DNA of 64,000 nt from positions 77,872,001-77,936,000 of the forward strand of contig OZ024741.1 in the NCBI GenBank assembly GCA_964016885.1. The letters run 5' to 3'. This document shows, piece by piece, positions 47,990 to 61,658 of this stretch. Within the stretch, counting starts at the first letter, position 1; every line of letters starts with the position of its first letter. This DNA is from Eledone cirrhosa (taxonomy: Eukaryota). The notes beneath the pieces are model-generated. The model did not search any database. It was not told where the DNA came from and saw nothing but the letters and a program-made list of their open reading frames with translations. Position numbers and translations under genes: made by a program.

Positions 47990-49855
47990 TACTCTAGATC
48001 GGTCTACACCACTGATAACATCAGAAAGGCGATTTCATCCTTCCCCGCCTGTTCAGGCGCGAGGACTGACGGCCTTCGACCTCAACATCTCAAAGATGGT
48101 ATCTCCTTATCGGCCGGTGAAGCCGGACTCGAGCTCTTGGAGAGTCTGATTCAGTTGGTGAATCAGTTCTCTTCAGTGAACGTTCTCCCCTATATCCGCC
48201 CACTGTTCTTCGGTGCGAAATTATTCGGACTTACTAAACCCAACGGATATCTGCACCCCATTGCGATTGGTTGCACCCTACGCCGTCTCAATGCAAAGGT
48301 GTGTTTGCTATCGGTCTCTGACTCACTGGCGGAGGAATTTTCCCCCATCCAGCTAGGGGTGGATACCATGTTGGGATGTGAGGCTGCAGCCCACACCACC
48401 AGAGCTTTTACCAACTTGCCCTCCTTGTCCCCCAAGGCCATCTTCAAAGTTCACCTCATAAACGCTTTCAACTCCGTCAGCCGCGATGTCGTCCTCAGCT
48501 CAGTAAGAGAGAAGGTCCCACAACTCTGCCACTTTGTTTAGTAGGCTTATTGGAAGTTGGACCTCAATGTCTGGTATCTCGACGATGCTTGTTTGCGGGT
48601 ACCTCCAGTTAAGCTTCTTGCCACTGCAAACAAAATGTTTGAGGAGCTTGGCCATTGGAGTCTTCAAGTCAATAGCTCCAATGTGAGCTCTGGATCCTCA
48701 ACCACCCGGCTTCTCAACATCAATAGACAATTGACCTGTTTACAGAGTCCTTCCCTTCCACTGCGGCCCCTCCCCCGTCGGTATGATGCTCCCTAGGAGC
48801 CCCAATTACAGATCTTGCGTTCAAGTCAATCTTCCAATCGAAGATGGCTGGCCTTGAGCACTTGCTGAAGAATATTGAAACAACTGAATCCCATCAAGGT
48901 TTTTTCATATTCAGAAACTACCTTTCGATTCCTAAGCTTCTATATCTGCTCAGGGTCAGCCATCTCATAGATTTCCGTCCTGCCTCCAACGCTTAGACGA
49001 CCTAATCTTCAAAAGACTCGAGTGTTTGGTCAATGTCAGACTCTCTCCAGAGTCCCACGGTCAGGCTGCGTTGCCCAAGCGATTTGGGGGTCATGGACTA
49101 GTTCCAACAGGAAGTTGGATGAAGCTCTCCAACAATGAAGTGAGTTGGGCTTGTCTGTTCGACTCCTCTTCATCCAGTCGGATCATTTTTCAAGGTGCCG
49201 CTTACTGTCTGCCAACGCCAAATATTCAGGTGACCCTACCCGTAACTAACGTTGGTGGCCTACTCAACTTGGACGAACTTTGTGTCTCCATTACCCTCAG
49301 AATGGAAACTGACGCCTGTGCTGGTTTGAGGTGTCGATGTGGCAAACTCCTTGACTCCACAAGTCTCCACGGTCTTTCTTGCTGCCTGAATGCCGGGCGC
49401 TTTGCGCATCACACGGAGCTAAACTTTATTCTCAAGAGAGCTTTCACCCGGGATAACATCCCCTCAATCTTGGAACCATCTGGGTTGTCCAAAAGTGTTG
49501 GGAAAAGACTTGACGGCCTTACTCTGTGCTTCTGGTCGACAGACAGATGCCTTGTCTGGGACGTCACAGTTAGTGACTCTTTTGCTCCTTCCCATATCCT
49601 GGATGCTGCGGTTAGGGTGAGAACCACAGCTGCCGCAGCTGAACGGTACACAATCCTAAAATACCGTGATATGTCGGCCAACTATATTTTCCAGCCTGTG
49701 GCGTTCGAGATGTTTTGGGTAGTCGGGCTACTGACTGTGAGATTCCCATCTTCACTGGCGGCTCTCTTAACAGAAGTAACTGGTGAAGCTCGCGAGGGCG
49801 CTTGGTTGTTCCAGCGCATGAGCCTCGTTATCACCTGAGGTAACGCTGGCTTGCC
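47990..49855 (+). mobile_element. CRE-like non-LTR element (RT + CCHC + RLE), degenerate
   Basis: DGLRPQHLKD, FFGAKL..PIAIG.TLRRL, QLGV..GCEAAAH, WYLDD, CRCG..HGLSC and RLDGLTL..LVWDVT motifs. Confidence 0.85.
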
Positions 49856-50409
49856 TAAAAAATCTATTGAAATTATAACAGTAATGGAGGAAAAGCCACT
49901 AGCATTATCGAAACTTACTCTCAAAAAGAGTGTGGGAGAATGTATTTATTGTTTGCCATAGTGTACAGTGGATCCATGCGATAAACAATATCACACCAGA
50001 AATAAAGTATACATCGCAAGTGTAAAAGTCAAACTCACTAACTTCAATTCGGTATTCATACTAGCCCTTACCTATAGTCACGAATCTTGGGTAATGTTTT
50101 GGTTATTTTTGTTACCATTTTCTTAAAGTATAGAGGTGACAGAAAAGGAATGTACTTTCTCGGAATGTAAATATTTTTAGATCTAGTGTAATTGTATACT
50201 AGATATATCGGATAGACTCTTTTAGACTGAAACAGATTGAATATGTGTTCTGCTATTGGCTTAGCATGTTGTTGCTAAAATCTGTTGCTGACAAGTAGAG
50301 GGAATGCTTTGGGTCCACTCTTTTATAATCGCTTACCAAAAGTAATCAAATGCATATCATACAAAAATATGACAGTAGTTTTGTAAACGTATTTCACTAC
50401 ACGTATATA

Positions 50410-50587
50410 TGTAACGAAGGGTATTAGTAGTGGTTGTTAGATGAAATAACAAGAATAGCTGATTTACTTTATATATGAAAAGGTTTACTTCACTTCAGTC
50501 AAAAAGAACAACAAATAAGTTAACACCAGTCGCAAAGGTTGACGTTGTTTTTTTGTTGTTGGTTCATGAGGCTGGTGTAGTCTAAGA

Positions 50588-50630
<43 letters not shown>

Positions 50631-51044
50631 ATGGTCTGTAGACCTCAGCGGCCTGTAGGTAGCGGTGAATCTTTACATAGCTTGTCTATAGCATACGGCT
50701 CCGATTTCTGTGTGTTAGACGTGGGATGATACAGGCTTTTTATACCTGACGCTTTCTGTCTCCGATCTCGAAGGATCGCCCACGCATGAAAAGGATGGTG
50801 ACCTAGAATTTGACTTTTAGGTGTCACCCAGGGTTCAAGGCATAGACAGATTTCACTACATTAGTTACCAACCCAGATCGATGCAGGAGCAGCGATTGAT
50901 TACAAAAGGGGTAGCGAAATCTGATTCCTGAAGCGTGTCCCAAAACACACCAAATGTGGGTACTGCGCCCGTATTTCAAGTGCAGAGAAATTTGGAGAGA
51001 GAAAAAAATATCGTATAACTGTGTATGCATGTATGCGTGTTACA
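50410..51044 (-). mobile_element. Possible solo LTR
   Basis: TGTAAC...GTTACA termini and minus-strand TATAAAA; no clean TSD. Confidence 0.4.
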
Positions 51045-51853
51045 TTTAGAAGAAACTGTAAATATACAGAGTTGTGATCATGTATTTCGAAATGTTGTGT
51101 ATGGTTGGCTGAACGTGTGGGGTTGCGGTATCGGATTACGATCTGACAATACAGAGGACTATTTCTCTCGATGTATTATCATACGTAAGATGCTTTTCCA
51201 GTGAGTCGAGGTTTACGCTATGACATGAATGTGTGCAATTTTGAGTTGCGTGCCTGATTGAGTCCAAGCGAGTAGTCCCAGTGTGGGTGTTTCTCACATG
51301 TTTTATAGCTGTTGCCGTACCTCAACCAGGTGAAAAGTGATCTCGCAGAATCCCCACCGAATCAAGAGCATATATTACTGTTTGTGCGTAAAAAGAAAAT
51401 GATGTGTTTGATGCAAAACGTGTATGTGCATATAGGTATATAATACAGTAAAAAAAAAAAAATTTAAATTTAAAAAAATGAACGTTCATATACAACCTGT
51501 AAAAAATATATATATATATATTTATATAATTGTTCTTTACAAAAAGTTCAGTTTTTCTCTTCTTTATGTTATCGTTTTCTAGCTAGGAAGCTAGTAGTAT
51601 TGTCTGTTGTTGTTTGAGATTACGAAGCACGTGGTGAAGTGTTTGGTAACGAATCGAAACATCAAAGCGAAGTCACTGTAAATATTCCGTAGAATCGAAG
51701 TTTGGTGAATAATTTGAAGAAGTGGAGTTTTATCATATCGTACCATATAGATGAGAAGCTTGGTAATTATAGATTGCTGAGAAAGCTGCTGTTGAGAAAG
51801 TTGTTGATGTTGGCAATGGAAGCTATGATCAGAAGAAAGGTTGCGTGTTGATG

Positions 51854-51904
51854 GGCTTCCTGATGATTTCTCCCGAATGAAACAGTTCTAGTCCTGTAGA
51901 AGCC
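51854..51904 (+). ncRNA. Type I hammerhead ribozyme with a full stem III
   Basis: GGCTTC-CTGATGA-TTTC(TCCC)GAAT-GAAA-CAG(TTCTAGTC)CTG-TA-GAAGCC. Confidence 0.8.
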
Positions 51905-52116
51905 ATTTCTATATTAAATATTTATACTCTGCTATGTATTGAGTACCTTACTTACTGTGGTCACCCCCGATTGAACCCGGGATAAACTTATATATAGGTG
52001 TGTGTGTGTATATATATTATTATATATATCGCCAAGGTTGACTTTGCCTTTCATCCTTACGGGGTCGATAAAATAAAGTACCAGTAATGTACTGGCCTTG
52101 TGCCTAAAATAGAAAC

Positions 52117-52155
<39 letters not shown>

Positions 52156-52489
52156 GAAATTCCGTTATAACGAAATTCACGGGGTATAAAAAAATTCGTT
52201 GTAACGAAAAATTCTTTATAATGTGATCGACCTAACAGATCCTGCGTGTGACTAGGCATTTAAAAAAAATTTTGTTATACTGAAAAATTTGTTATAATGG
52301 TATTTGCCGAGACAAAGTAAGTGACATAGTCACTTCTTTAAAACTCATAGTGAATGGTCTTCAAAATGTTTTTAAATAAACATACAGTATATTATCAAAT
52401 ATACTATACTTACATTCATAGATACATCGCTATTTCAGAGCACTGATACTAATTTATATATATATATATATATATTTTTTTTTTTTTCC

Positions 52490-53294
52490 AGAAAAGGAAC
52501 TGGCATAAATTCTATAAAATGCACATAATGCAGATCCTGGGTACACAAAAGATGTAGCGGGATAGCAGGCAAACTAACAGTAGGAAGAAATATGTATGCA
52601 GTAGATGTACAGGGAAATTAGACAGTCGCATTGATAGACACATTTTTCAAATGCAGGAGGACGCTATAGAAGTGGTGGATAGCTTCCGATACCTAGATCA
52701 GATTAGCATGGGAGGAGGGTGTTCCGAGACCATAGTATCTAGAATAAGGACGGGTTGGAAGAAGTTTAGGGAGCTGCTCCCTCTGCTGATGAAGAAGGGT
52801 TTCTCCCTGCGTACGAAAGGCCGGTTGTATGATGCCTGTGTGAGGAGCGCGATGCTGCATGGTAGTGAGAGACATGGGCAGCAACTGCAGAGGATATGCG
52901 ACGTCTGGAGAGAAATGAGGCAAGCATGCTCCGTTGGATGTGCAGTGTAAATGTGCGTGAACGACCCAGCATAAATGTGTTGAGAGAGAAACAGTCTGAG
53001 AGGGATAGAATGTAGTGTACGGGAGAGGAGACTGAGGTGGAATGGACATGTGATGCTCATGGAGGATGACCGATGGGTGAAGAAGTGCCAGGAAATGCCA
53101 GTTGAAGGAAGACGTGGTAGAGGTAGACCACGAAAAACATGGGCGGAGGTGGAGAGAACAGACCTCAGATCGTTGAAGCGCACGGTGGAGATGACGAAGG
53201 ACTGTGACGAGTGGAGAGATGCTGTGCTGAATAAGACCTGTTCTACCCTTGCAAGCAGGAAAAAGCGGACGTAAAATGATGATGATGATGATGA

Positions 53295-53298
<4 letters not shown>
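52490..53298 (+). mobile_element. RTE LINE 3' fragment
   Basis: VDSFRYL, GWKKFRELLPLL, RGRGRPRKTW motifs and (GAT)n tail. Confidence 0.88.
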
Positions 53299-53363
<65 letters not shown>

Positions 53364-53371
53364 TATATATA

Positions 53372-53851
53372 CTAGCAGAAAAACCACCCTTTGGGTGGTT
53401 TTCTGCTAGCATATGTAGTGTGTATATTGATATTATACGCAGGTGTATATACATGTAGATATGATACATAAATTTATATCGTAATTGACAATATATAATA
53501 CATAGAAATTGAACGAAGACTGCGTTACACTATCTTATGTAATCAGTAACGTAATCCATGATACATTAAAAAAAGACGATATTATATATAAACTGCATTT
53601 GGAGAAAATTAGTGACAGAAAATTAGTATGTTTATTTTAGCGATGGCCAACCGGAAGTGTTGACATTTCAGAAATTAAAAAAAAGTGAATCTTTAAATAA
53701 ACAAAATATATTTAATCAACAGTCACGAAATTTAGTAGATAAATTATGTAATATTCATTCATTATTTATTCAAAGTAATCCAACTTATTTTACTAATGGG
53801 ATAACAAATTATAAATCGTATGCAGTCCCGCGCTCCTTACATTATTATAGA
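53372..53851 (-). mobile_element. Non-autonomous Helitron
   Basis: A|TCTATAATAAT 5' end, subterminal hairpin CCACCC-AAA-GGGTGG and CTAG|T 3' end. Confidence 0.65.
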
Positions 53852-53877
53852 TTATATATATATATATATATATATAT

Positions 53878-54516
53878 ATGAATAAAAATAGACCGAGAAA
53901 CGGGGTTGTCCATCATCAGTAGCCTGCTGGTTATCATTGGTATTTCTTCGCATTAAAGACTAGATACCTAAAATCAGTGCGAGCGATAACTAAACTAAGT
54001 TATCGGGACAGAGCGAATGGGAAGGGTAAAGTAGACAAACGACATAGTAGTAATGCAACGTAAAGCGAGGAAAAGAGAGACAAGTCAATGACTCTTGTGG
54101 GCTTAAGTCCTAACAAATCAATCGACGAGAAGAAACAGACACGTCCGAAAGTGAGAGAGAAAAGGAATTCATACAGGTCAGACGGGAGGAAGTGAGAGAG
54201 GGGGGAGTAGCAGAGAGTGAGTGAGTGAAAGTGCGAGGAAGGGGCCAGCCAAGAGAGTGTGACCAGCAGAGGGGGTGAATGAAAGTAAGAGGTGCAAGGA
54301 GAGAGAAGGGGGAGAGAGAAAGAGGATAGCAGTAAGGTGAAAGAAAAAATACGAACCACAGTGAGGGGAAACATTATAGGTGAATGAAAAAATGGTGTGC
54401 TGCGTTGTTGCGGGGTGATATAAATGAATAAAAATAGACCGAGAAATGGGGTTGTCCATCATAGTCTGCTGATTATCATTGGTATTTCTTCGCATTAAAG
54501 TCTAGATACCTAAAAT
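53878..54516. repeat. About 95-bp direct repeats at a 546-nt period around a GA-rich spacer
   Basis: 53878-53974 is repeated at 54424-54516. Confidence 0.8.
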
Positions 54517-54519
54517 TAT

Positions 54520-55210
54520 GCGCATCACATATCCTTACCAACGCATTCATATCTCCTGCACACCATCTTCGATTCCCCTTAAGCCCAGCTTCTCTCTGAG
54601 CTCGTTCAAGCTCTGACTTTCTCTCACATTTACATTGCACATCCAGTGAAATATGGTTGCTTCATTTCTCTCCGGGCTATGGATGTCCTCTGCAGTGTCA
54701 CAGCCCATGTTTCACTACCATGCAGCATTGCACACCACACACAGACGTCATACAGCCTTCCTTTTGTATGTAGGGAGAAAACTTGTGTTGTCAGCAGTGG
54801 GAGTAATTCTTTAAACTCCTTCCATCCTATTCTTATTCTAGCTAGTATACTCTTGGTGCATCTTCTTCTGCTGCTCATCACCTAGATAGCAAAAGCTATC
54901 AACCACATTTATGGATCCTTCCTGTGACTGGAAAAGGTTTATATCTTTAGTAGTCTTCCTCACAATTTCTTGCATCTTCTACATGCAAAGTTCTCCCTTC
55001 GTGTTACTCTACTCATTATCCCACTACATCTTTTGTGTACCCAAGATTTATATTGTGTACATTGTATGGAGTTTATGCCTATTCCTTTTCTGCATATTGA
55101 GCATGGCCACTTCCCTGAGGGAATCTGGGCCCTATCTTCTCTTCTACTCACTAGCACTTTAGTTTTGGCTAAGTTTACTCTCAGGCCTTTTGATTCCAAA
55201 TTCAGTTTCC
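54520..55210 (-). mobile_element. RTE LINE internal fragment
   Basis: LESKGLRVNLAKTK, PHD-like CSIC..CTQY..WVHKRC and GWKEFKELLPLL motifs. Confidence 0.85.
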
Positions 55211-55214
55211 CTAA

Positions 55215-56060
55215 TCGGAATTTATTTTCTAACTGTTTCCCTTTCAACTGTTTATCGAGCAAGAACCAGTCGCCATGAGAAGATGGCTCAGGAAATTGAG
55301 TTATCCACTTTCCCACCTGAAGACAGATCCCAGCTAGTCCTCCAATGGAATGGAGAATTATTACTACCAGCTTCCCAATCCAGCACAATCAAAGATCAGA
55401 TTGCAGTTATGATTACAGGAAAAAGAAAGGAAAAGCTGTTAAGTGTTCCAATTGCAAGAGATGGAACCGGACAACAAATCGTTGAAGTTGTTTTGAGGGA
55501 AATTCAACGACTCAAAATTGAGGATAGAATAATTGGTATATCCTTCAACACCACCGCAAGTAACACTAGCATGCACCAAGGAACTAATATGAAAATTGAA
55601 GCTGCTCTGAAAATATCTCTTTTGTAGTAGGCTTGCTGCCATCATCTTCTTGAACTGGTTTTGAAGAAAATCTCTGAGATCTTTTTCCCATCATCTGGTC
55701 CTGGTATCTTAATATTCTAAAAGTTTCAGGAACATTGAGACTCTATCAGTAGGTCTTATTATCAAACTGTCCTGGATGATGATGAGCCCATGGGATATTT
55801 TTACAAGCAAAAGAAGGAGATGGTCGAATATCTACTGACTGTACTGCTTTCTGGAGATCATCCCTGAGAAGACTATGCTGAGTTCATAAAACTCTCCCTT
55901 CTCTATGATGGTGGTTGGCCATCTCCCCAGTTCTCTGTCTCATTCCCAGGAGCTTACCACCAGGCTTGTTGGATGGCTAAGACCATATATGTGATCAAGA
56001 TAGTTCTGTTCAGAGAACAACCTATATCACATGAGTCGAGAGATCTACAAAAATTCTTTC
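55215..56060 (+). mobile_element. Degenerate hATm-like transposase remnant
   Basis: VLQWNG.LL, EKLLSVP..GTG, FNTTASNT, ACCHHLLEL and PGAYHQACWMAK motifs. Confidence 0.7.
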
Positions 56061-57094
56061 TAATTATAAATTTCATCAATAAAAGGTGTTTCTCTGTTTA
56101 ACCTCAATATTTTTATGCATTTAGAACATATTCCTCCTACTTATTCTCATTTCATTTTCTTCCTTTGGGTGGTTTTGTCATTGGATTCAGTCTAGTTAAC
56201 AGAAAGGACAATATGCTACAGACCAGATCCAGAAAGTTCTCATAAAAAAAAAGATGTGAAGCGTACAACCCCCAAATATTATTTGATTGACCTATAAATC
56301 GGCATCTTTCGTTATTTCATCAATTCGAACACAGGCATATTCGATATGAGATGAATAGCGAATGGTTTGCAAATGGAACACCCTAATGTACACGTACGTA
56401 TATTATATACATATATGCATATCATCATCATCATCATTTTACAGTAACTTTTCCCTGCTTGTAAGGGTGGGACGGGTACTATTCAGCACAGCATCTCTGC
56501 ACTTGTCACGGTCCTTCGTCATCTCCTCCGTGAGCTTCAGCGATCTGAGGTCTGCTCTCACCACCTCAGCCCATGTATACATACATACATGGTGGCTGCC
56601 AACTCGTTTTCGGGTACGGCCACTACTTTATATCCATGTAGGAGAACCCCTACCGATGCGCTGATCAAGTGTGACTTTTTAGTCCAGCCAGCGACTTGAA
56701 AACTCTGGTACAAACACTACACTTGTCACAATTATTGACACATAGTGCTGGGCCCATGGTACCATGTGATGACAAGTGCAGAGAGATCTCCAGATATAAA
56801 GCAATGCCTGTGCCGTGAAGCTTTTATAGTGAGCAAAGGCACTGCACAAAGCCAGTCCCACTCTCTTAACCAAGATGATATTTACCAAAAAGAAGAACAA
56901 ATCAACATCATTGGATACCATCAGGGTTGCAGGTGTTATATCAGAGTTTTCCTTCTCCTAGAATTCTGCCTTGACAAAGGCTAAGGGGTCATACATACAT
57001 ACATACATACATACATACATACATACATACATACATACATAGATATATATATATATATATCTTGCAGTTTTGCTTTTTGTTAAATCGCTTGTTA

Positions 57095-60000
57095 AACCTT
57101 CCAGCTAGCTACCCCAGACCCCTCCCACCCGCCCCCACACACCACCATACTTAATACGTGGACCAATCATAAGCCAGAGCCCCCCCCCCCCCCACGCGCA
57201 TCACCATTATTATTATAAGCCAGAGCCCCCCACCCCCACGCATCACCATTATTATTATTACGCGGACCAATCATAAGCCAGAGGCCTATACTATCGCTTG
57301 CCCGGTTGCGATAGTATAGGCCCGGTTGCCTTCGATATATGAGGGATGGATGGATGGATGGACGGACTGCGGAATCCTGGAGAGTGGAAGGGAGAGAAAA
57401 ATCTGGACGCTCAGAGCGAAAATGCCAAAGTTAAAGTCAAATTCACCTCGTGGACGAGAATGCGAGCACTCCTCTTTGTTTCGTCCGCGGATGGCTAACA
57501 TAACCCTATCTCCCCCCGCCCGCCACCACCCACACCCTCCAAACGCAACCCAAAACTTCAGAGTTGGTACCATAAATGTAGGCACCCTAAAGGGTCGCGC
57601 TAACGAGGTTGTAGAAATGCTTGAACGTAAGGAGGTCGATGTTTGTTGTATTCAAGAGACCAGGTGGAGGGGTGGGTCTGCTAGATTCATTGAGGGTAAA
57701 AAACTATGTTATAAGCTTTTCTGGGTGGGAAACGACGATGGGCTGGGTGGAGTAGGAATCATGGTAGCAGAAAAGTGGGCAGATATAATAGACGTAAATA
57801 GAGTGAACGACAATAATTAAAATACGACTTGTCCTCAATAGAACTACGGTGACAGTAATATCTGCGTACGCACCCCAATCCGGACTGCCCGGCACTATAA
57901 AAGACAGATTCTATGAGACACTGTTGCTAACTACCTCCCAAATATGTGACAGTGACTATATAATTATTGCAGGCGACCTAAATGGTCACGTTGGACAACA
58001 TTGTGACGGCTACGACGAAATCCATGGAGGCTATGGGTTTGGTACTAGAAATGAGGAAGGCTCCAGAATCCTGGAATTCTGTGATGCAAATAACCTAACT
58101 ATCTGTAACACTAACTTCAAAAAACGTGACTATCACCTGATCACCTATAGATCCGGGGAACACACAAGCCAGGTAGATTATATCCTTACCAGAAAACGTG
58201 ACAGAGTGTCTGTTGTAAACACTAAATCCCTCCCCCATGAAGAATGCACCTCCCAACATAGACTGATAATTAGCGACCTCATAGTCAGGACGAGACGTAC
58301 TCGACAGCAGAAGAGGACTATCCTCAGGAGGAAAATATGGAAACTAAAGGACCCCACAGCCAGAAATAAATTTCAAAGCATATTACTTGATGCTTTCGGC
58401 AGTAAGGAAGAGCATCTAGAATCGGACAATATAGAGGGACAGTGGGAATTTCTGAAAGCAAACCTGCTGTTGGCGACAGACGAAGTCTGTGGCTGGAGCA
58501 GGCCTGTAGGCAGGAGGAGAGTAACATGGTGGTGGAACAGTAAGGTGGAGGGGTCAATTAAGGCCAAAAAGCAGGCTTGGAAAGTATGGCGAGAGGGACC
58601 AGCAGTGTTAGTCGAGGGGAGTATAATAAGTAAGGCAATCAAGGATATGAAGACGGGTAAGGCGGCTGGGCCTTCGGAAATAGTTGCTGAGATGCTGAAG
58701 GCATCTGGCACGGTGGGACACACCATGGTCACCCGCATAGTTAACCAAGTCGTACAGAATGGGGTTGTTCCGAAGGACTGGCATAGCAGCATCATCGTTA
58801 ACTGTTATAAGGGTAAAGGAGACGCCCTAGATAGGAGTAACTATAGAGGCATTAAATTAATCGACCAGGTCATGAAGGTCACGGAAAAAGTAATAGCGCA
58901 ACTAATCAGAGAGCGAATTGACCTAGATGAAATGCAGTTCGGGTTTGTGTCAGGCAAAAGCACCACAGACGCTCTTTTCATAGTACGACAACTACAGGAG
59001 AAGTACCTAGCTAAAGGTAAACCCCTCTACTTAGCTTTTGTCGACCTGGAGAAAGCCTTCGACAGAGTCCCCCGCTCCATTATCTGGTGGGCTCTTAGAA
59101 AACTAGGCGTTGACGAATGGCTTGTGAGGGCTATACAAGCCATGTATAAAGAAACAGTCAGCAAGGTTAGAATTAACAACGAATATAGTGAAGAGTTTAG
59201 CGTAAAAGTTGGCGTCCATCAGGGCTCTGTTCTCAGCCCCCTACTATTTATTATTGCCCTTCAGGCTATAACAGAGGAGTTCAAGACAGGCTGCCCATGG
59301 GAACTCCTATACGCAGACGACCTGACACTCATAGCGGAATCAATGGCCGAGCTAGAGAAAAAATTCCAAACATGGAAGCACGGCCTAGAGTCAAAAGGAC
59401 TTAAAATTAACCTGGCTAAGACCAAAGTTCTAGTTTGTAGGAAAGAAAACAAGGCGGCGGTCCCTTCTGGGAAATGGTCGTGCTCGGTGTGTAGGAAAGG
59501 CGTAGGTAGAAACTCCATTTTATGTCCTAAATGCAAAGTATGGGTGCATAAAAGATGTAGTGGGATCACAGGTAAGCTAACTAAGAACATAGATTTTACA
59601 TGTGGCCAGTGTTCTGGTGCAATAAGTAGCAGCAAGTGCCCACAAAATACTAGCTCTTTCAATTGCGCAGAGGGTTCTATAGAAATAGTGGACAGCTTCC
59701 GTTACCTGGGCGATAAAATCAGCAGTGGGGGAGGGTGCTCTGAAAGTACTGCAGCTAGAGTCAGAACTGGTTGGAAAAAGTTCAGAGAGCTTATACCACT
59801 ATTAGCTGCTAAAGGGTTCTCCCTAAAAATGAAAGGCAGGTTGTACGATGCCTGCATACGAACAGCAATGTTGCATGGTAGTGAGACCTGGGCATTGTGT
59901 GCAGAGGATATACGCAGACTAGAGAGGAACGAAGCTTGCATGCTCCGCTGGATGTGTAACAGTAATATACGTGAACAGCAAAGCATAAACGAACTAAGGA

Positions 60001-60633
60001 AAAAATTAGAGATAAGAGGGATCAGATGTTGTTTACTCGAGAGAAGGCTGCGTTGGTATGGACACGTGATGCGCATGAAAGTCGATAGCTGTATAACAAA
60101 GTGCAGGGCAATAAAGATAGACGGTAGCCACGGAATAGGCAGACCTAGAAAAACCTGGGATAAGCTGATAAACTCCGACCTCACACACTTACACCTCTCC
60201 AAGACAATGTCACTGGACCGAGACCTTTGGCGGTACTCAGTAACAGAGAAGACCCGCCTTGCCAGTAGGCATCTCTAACAAAATACACCCCGTCCCGCCA
60301 CCACCCCCACCCCATCCACACCACCCCGTTCTATGTAAAGTTATGTTGGTGCCGCGCCATCGAGGCCGAAACAAATGAGATCGTGTAGGTGTCACGACAA
60401 AAAAACACACAGTCCACGCTGTAATGTGGCCGTGTAGGCAACACGGTAAAAACCTCCCAGACCCACACTGTAAATGTGGTTGGTGTTAGGAAGGGCATCC
60501 AACTGTAGAAAACCTGCCAGACAGTCCTATGCGAGCAAGACAATCACTCTTGCCTCAAGTGGGAATACCCCCGTCCAAACCCATGCAAGCGTGGAACACG
60601 GACGTTAAACGTTGATGATGATGATGATGATGA
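57095..60633 (+). mobile_element. Near full-length RTE LINE (APE-RT with PHD-like finger)
   Basis: 5' UTR shared with the copy at 61659. GTINVGTL..CIQETRW APE start, 809-aa ORF at 57849-60278, one frameshift near 57790, (GAT)n tail. Confidence 0.95.
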
Positions 60634-60647
60634 TATATATATATATA

Positions 60648-61204
<557 letters not shown>

Positions 61205-61658
61205 AGATATACATACATACATACAAACATACATGTGTGTGGGGTTTGAGTCAATACACAAGTACACCTACTCATAGAAGAAAGAAAGAAATTTTTGGGC
61301 CAACCAAATGGAAGTTTTACATAACATTCAACATTCAGTAATAAAAATATAATTTTTGTTTTGACTTGAAGAAACCTAGTAAATGACCGCCACATAAATA
61401 TCTAGTTGTTGTGAAGATAATGGATGGCTGAGTAAATGTGGGAGAAAAATATTAAAAACAAGACAAGCTAAAATATACATTACATATAATATATATTTTC
61501 AATGCTATTCTATAATTCTGTCCGATTGTTCTAAATAATCTTCTTGTATTTTAAAATCCCATAATTATTCGCTTATTACTGTTATATGCTTGTCCAATTA
61601 TGCTCAAAATTCGAGGATTTTATTTAAACCTTCTGCCCAAAATTTGAGGATTTTATTT

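Noticed and set aside
57283-57322. 15-bp hairpin in the RTE 5' UTR as a functional element
   Set aside because: Absent from the sister copy at about 61925; it looks like a local inversion-duplication.
57400-57520. HDV-like ribozyme in the RTE 5' region
   Set aside because: Expected for some RTEs, but I could not assemble a P1/P2/P3/P1.1 fold by eye. It needs a descriptor search.
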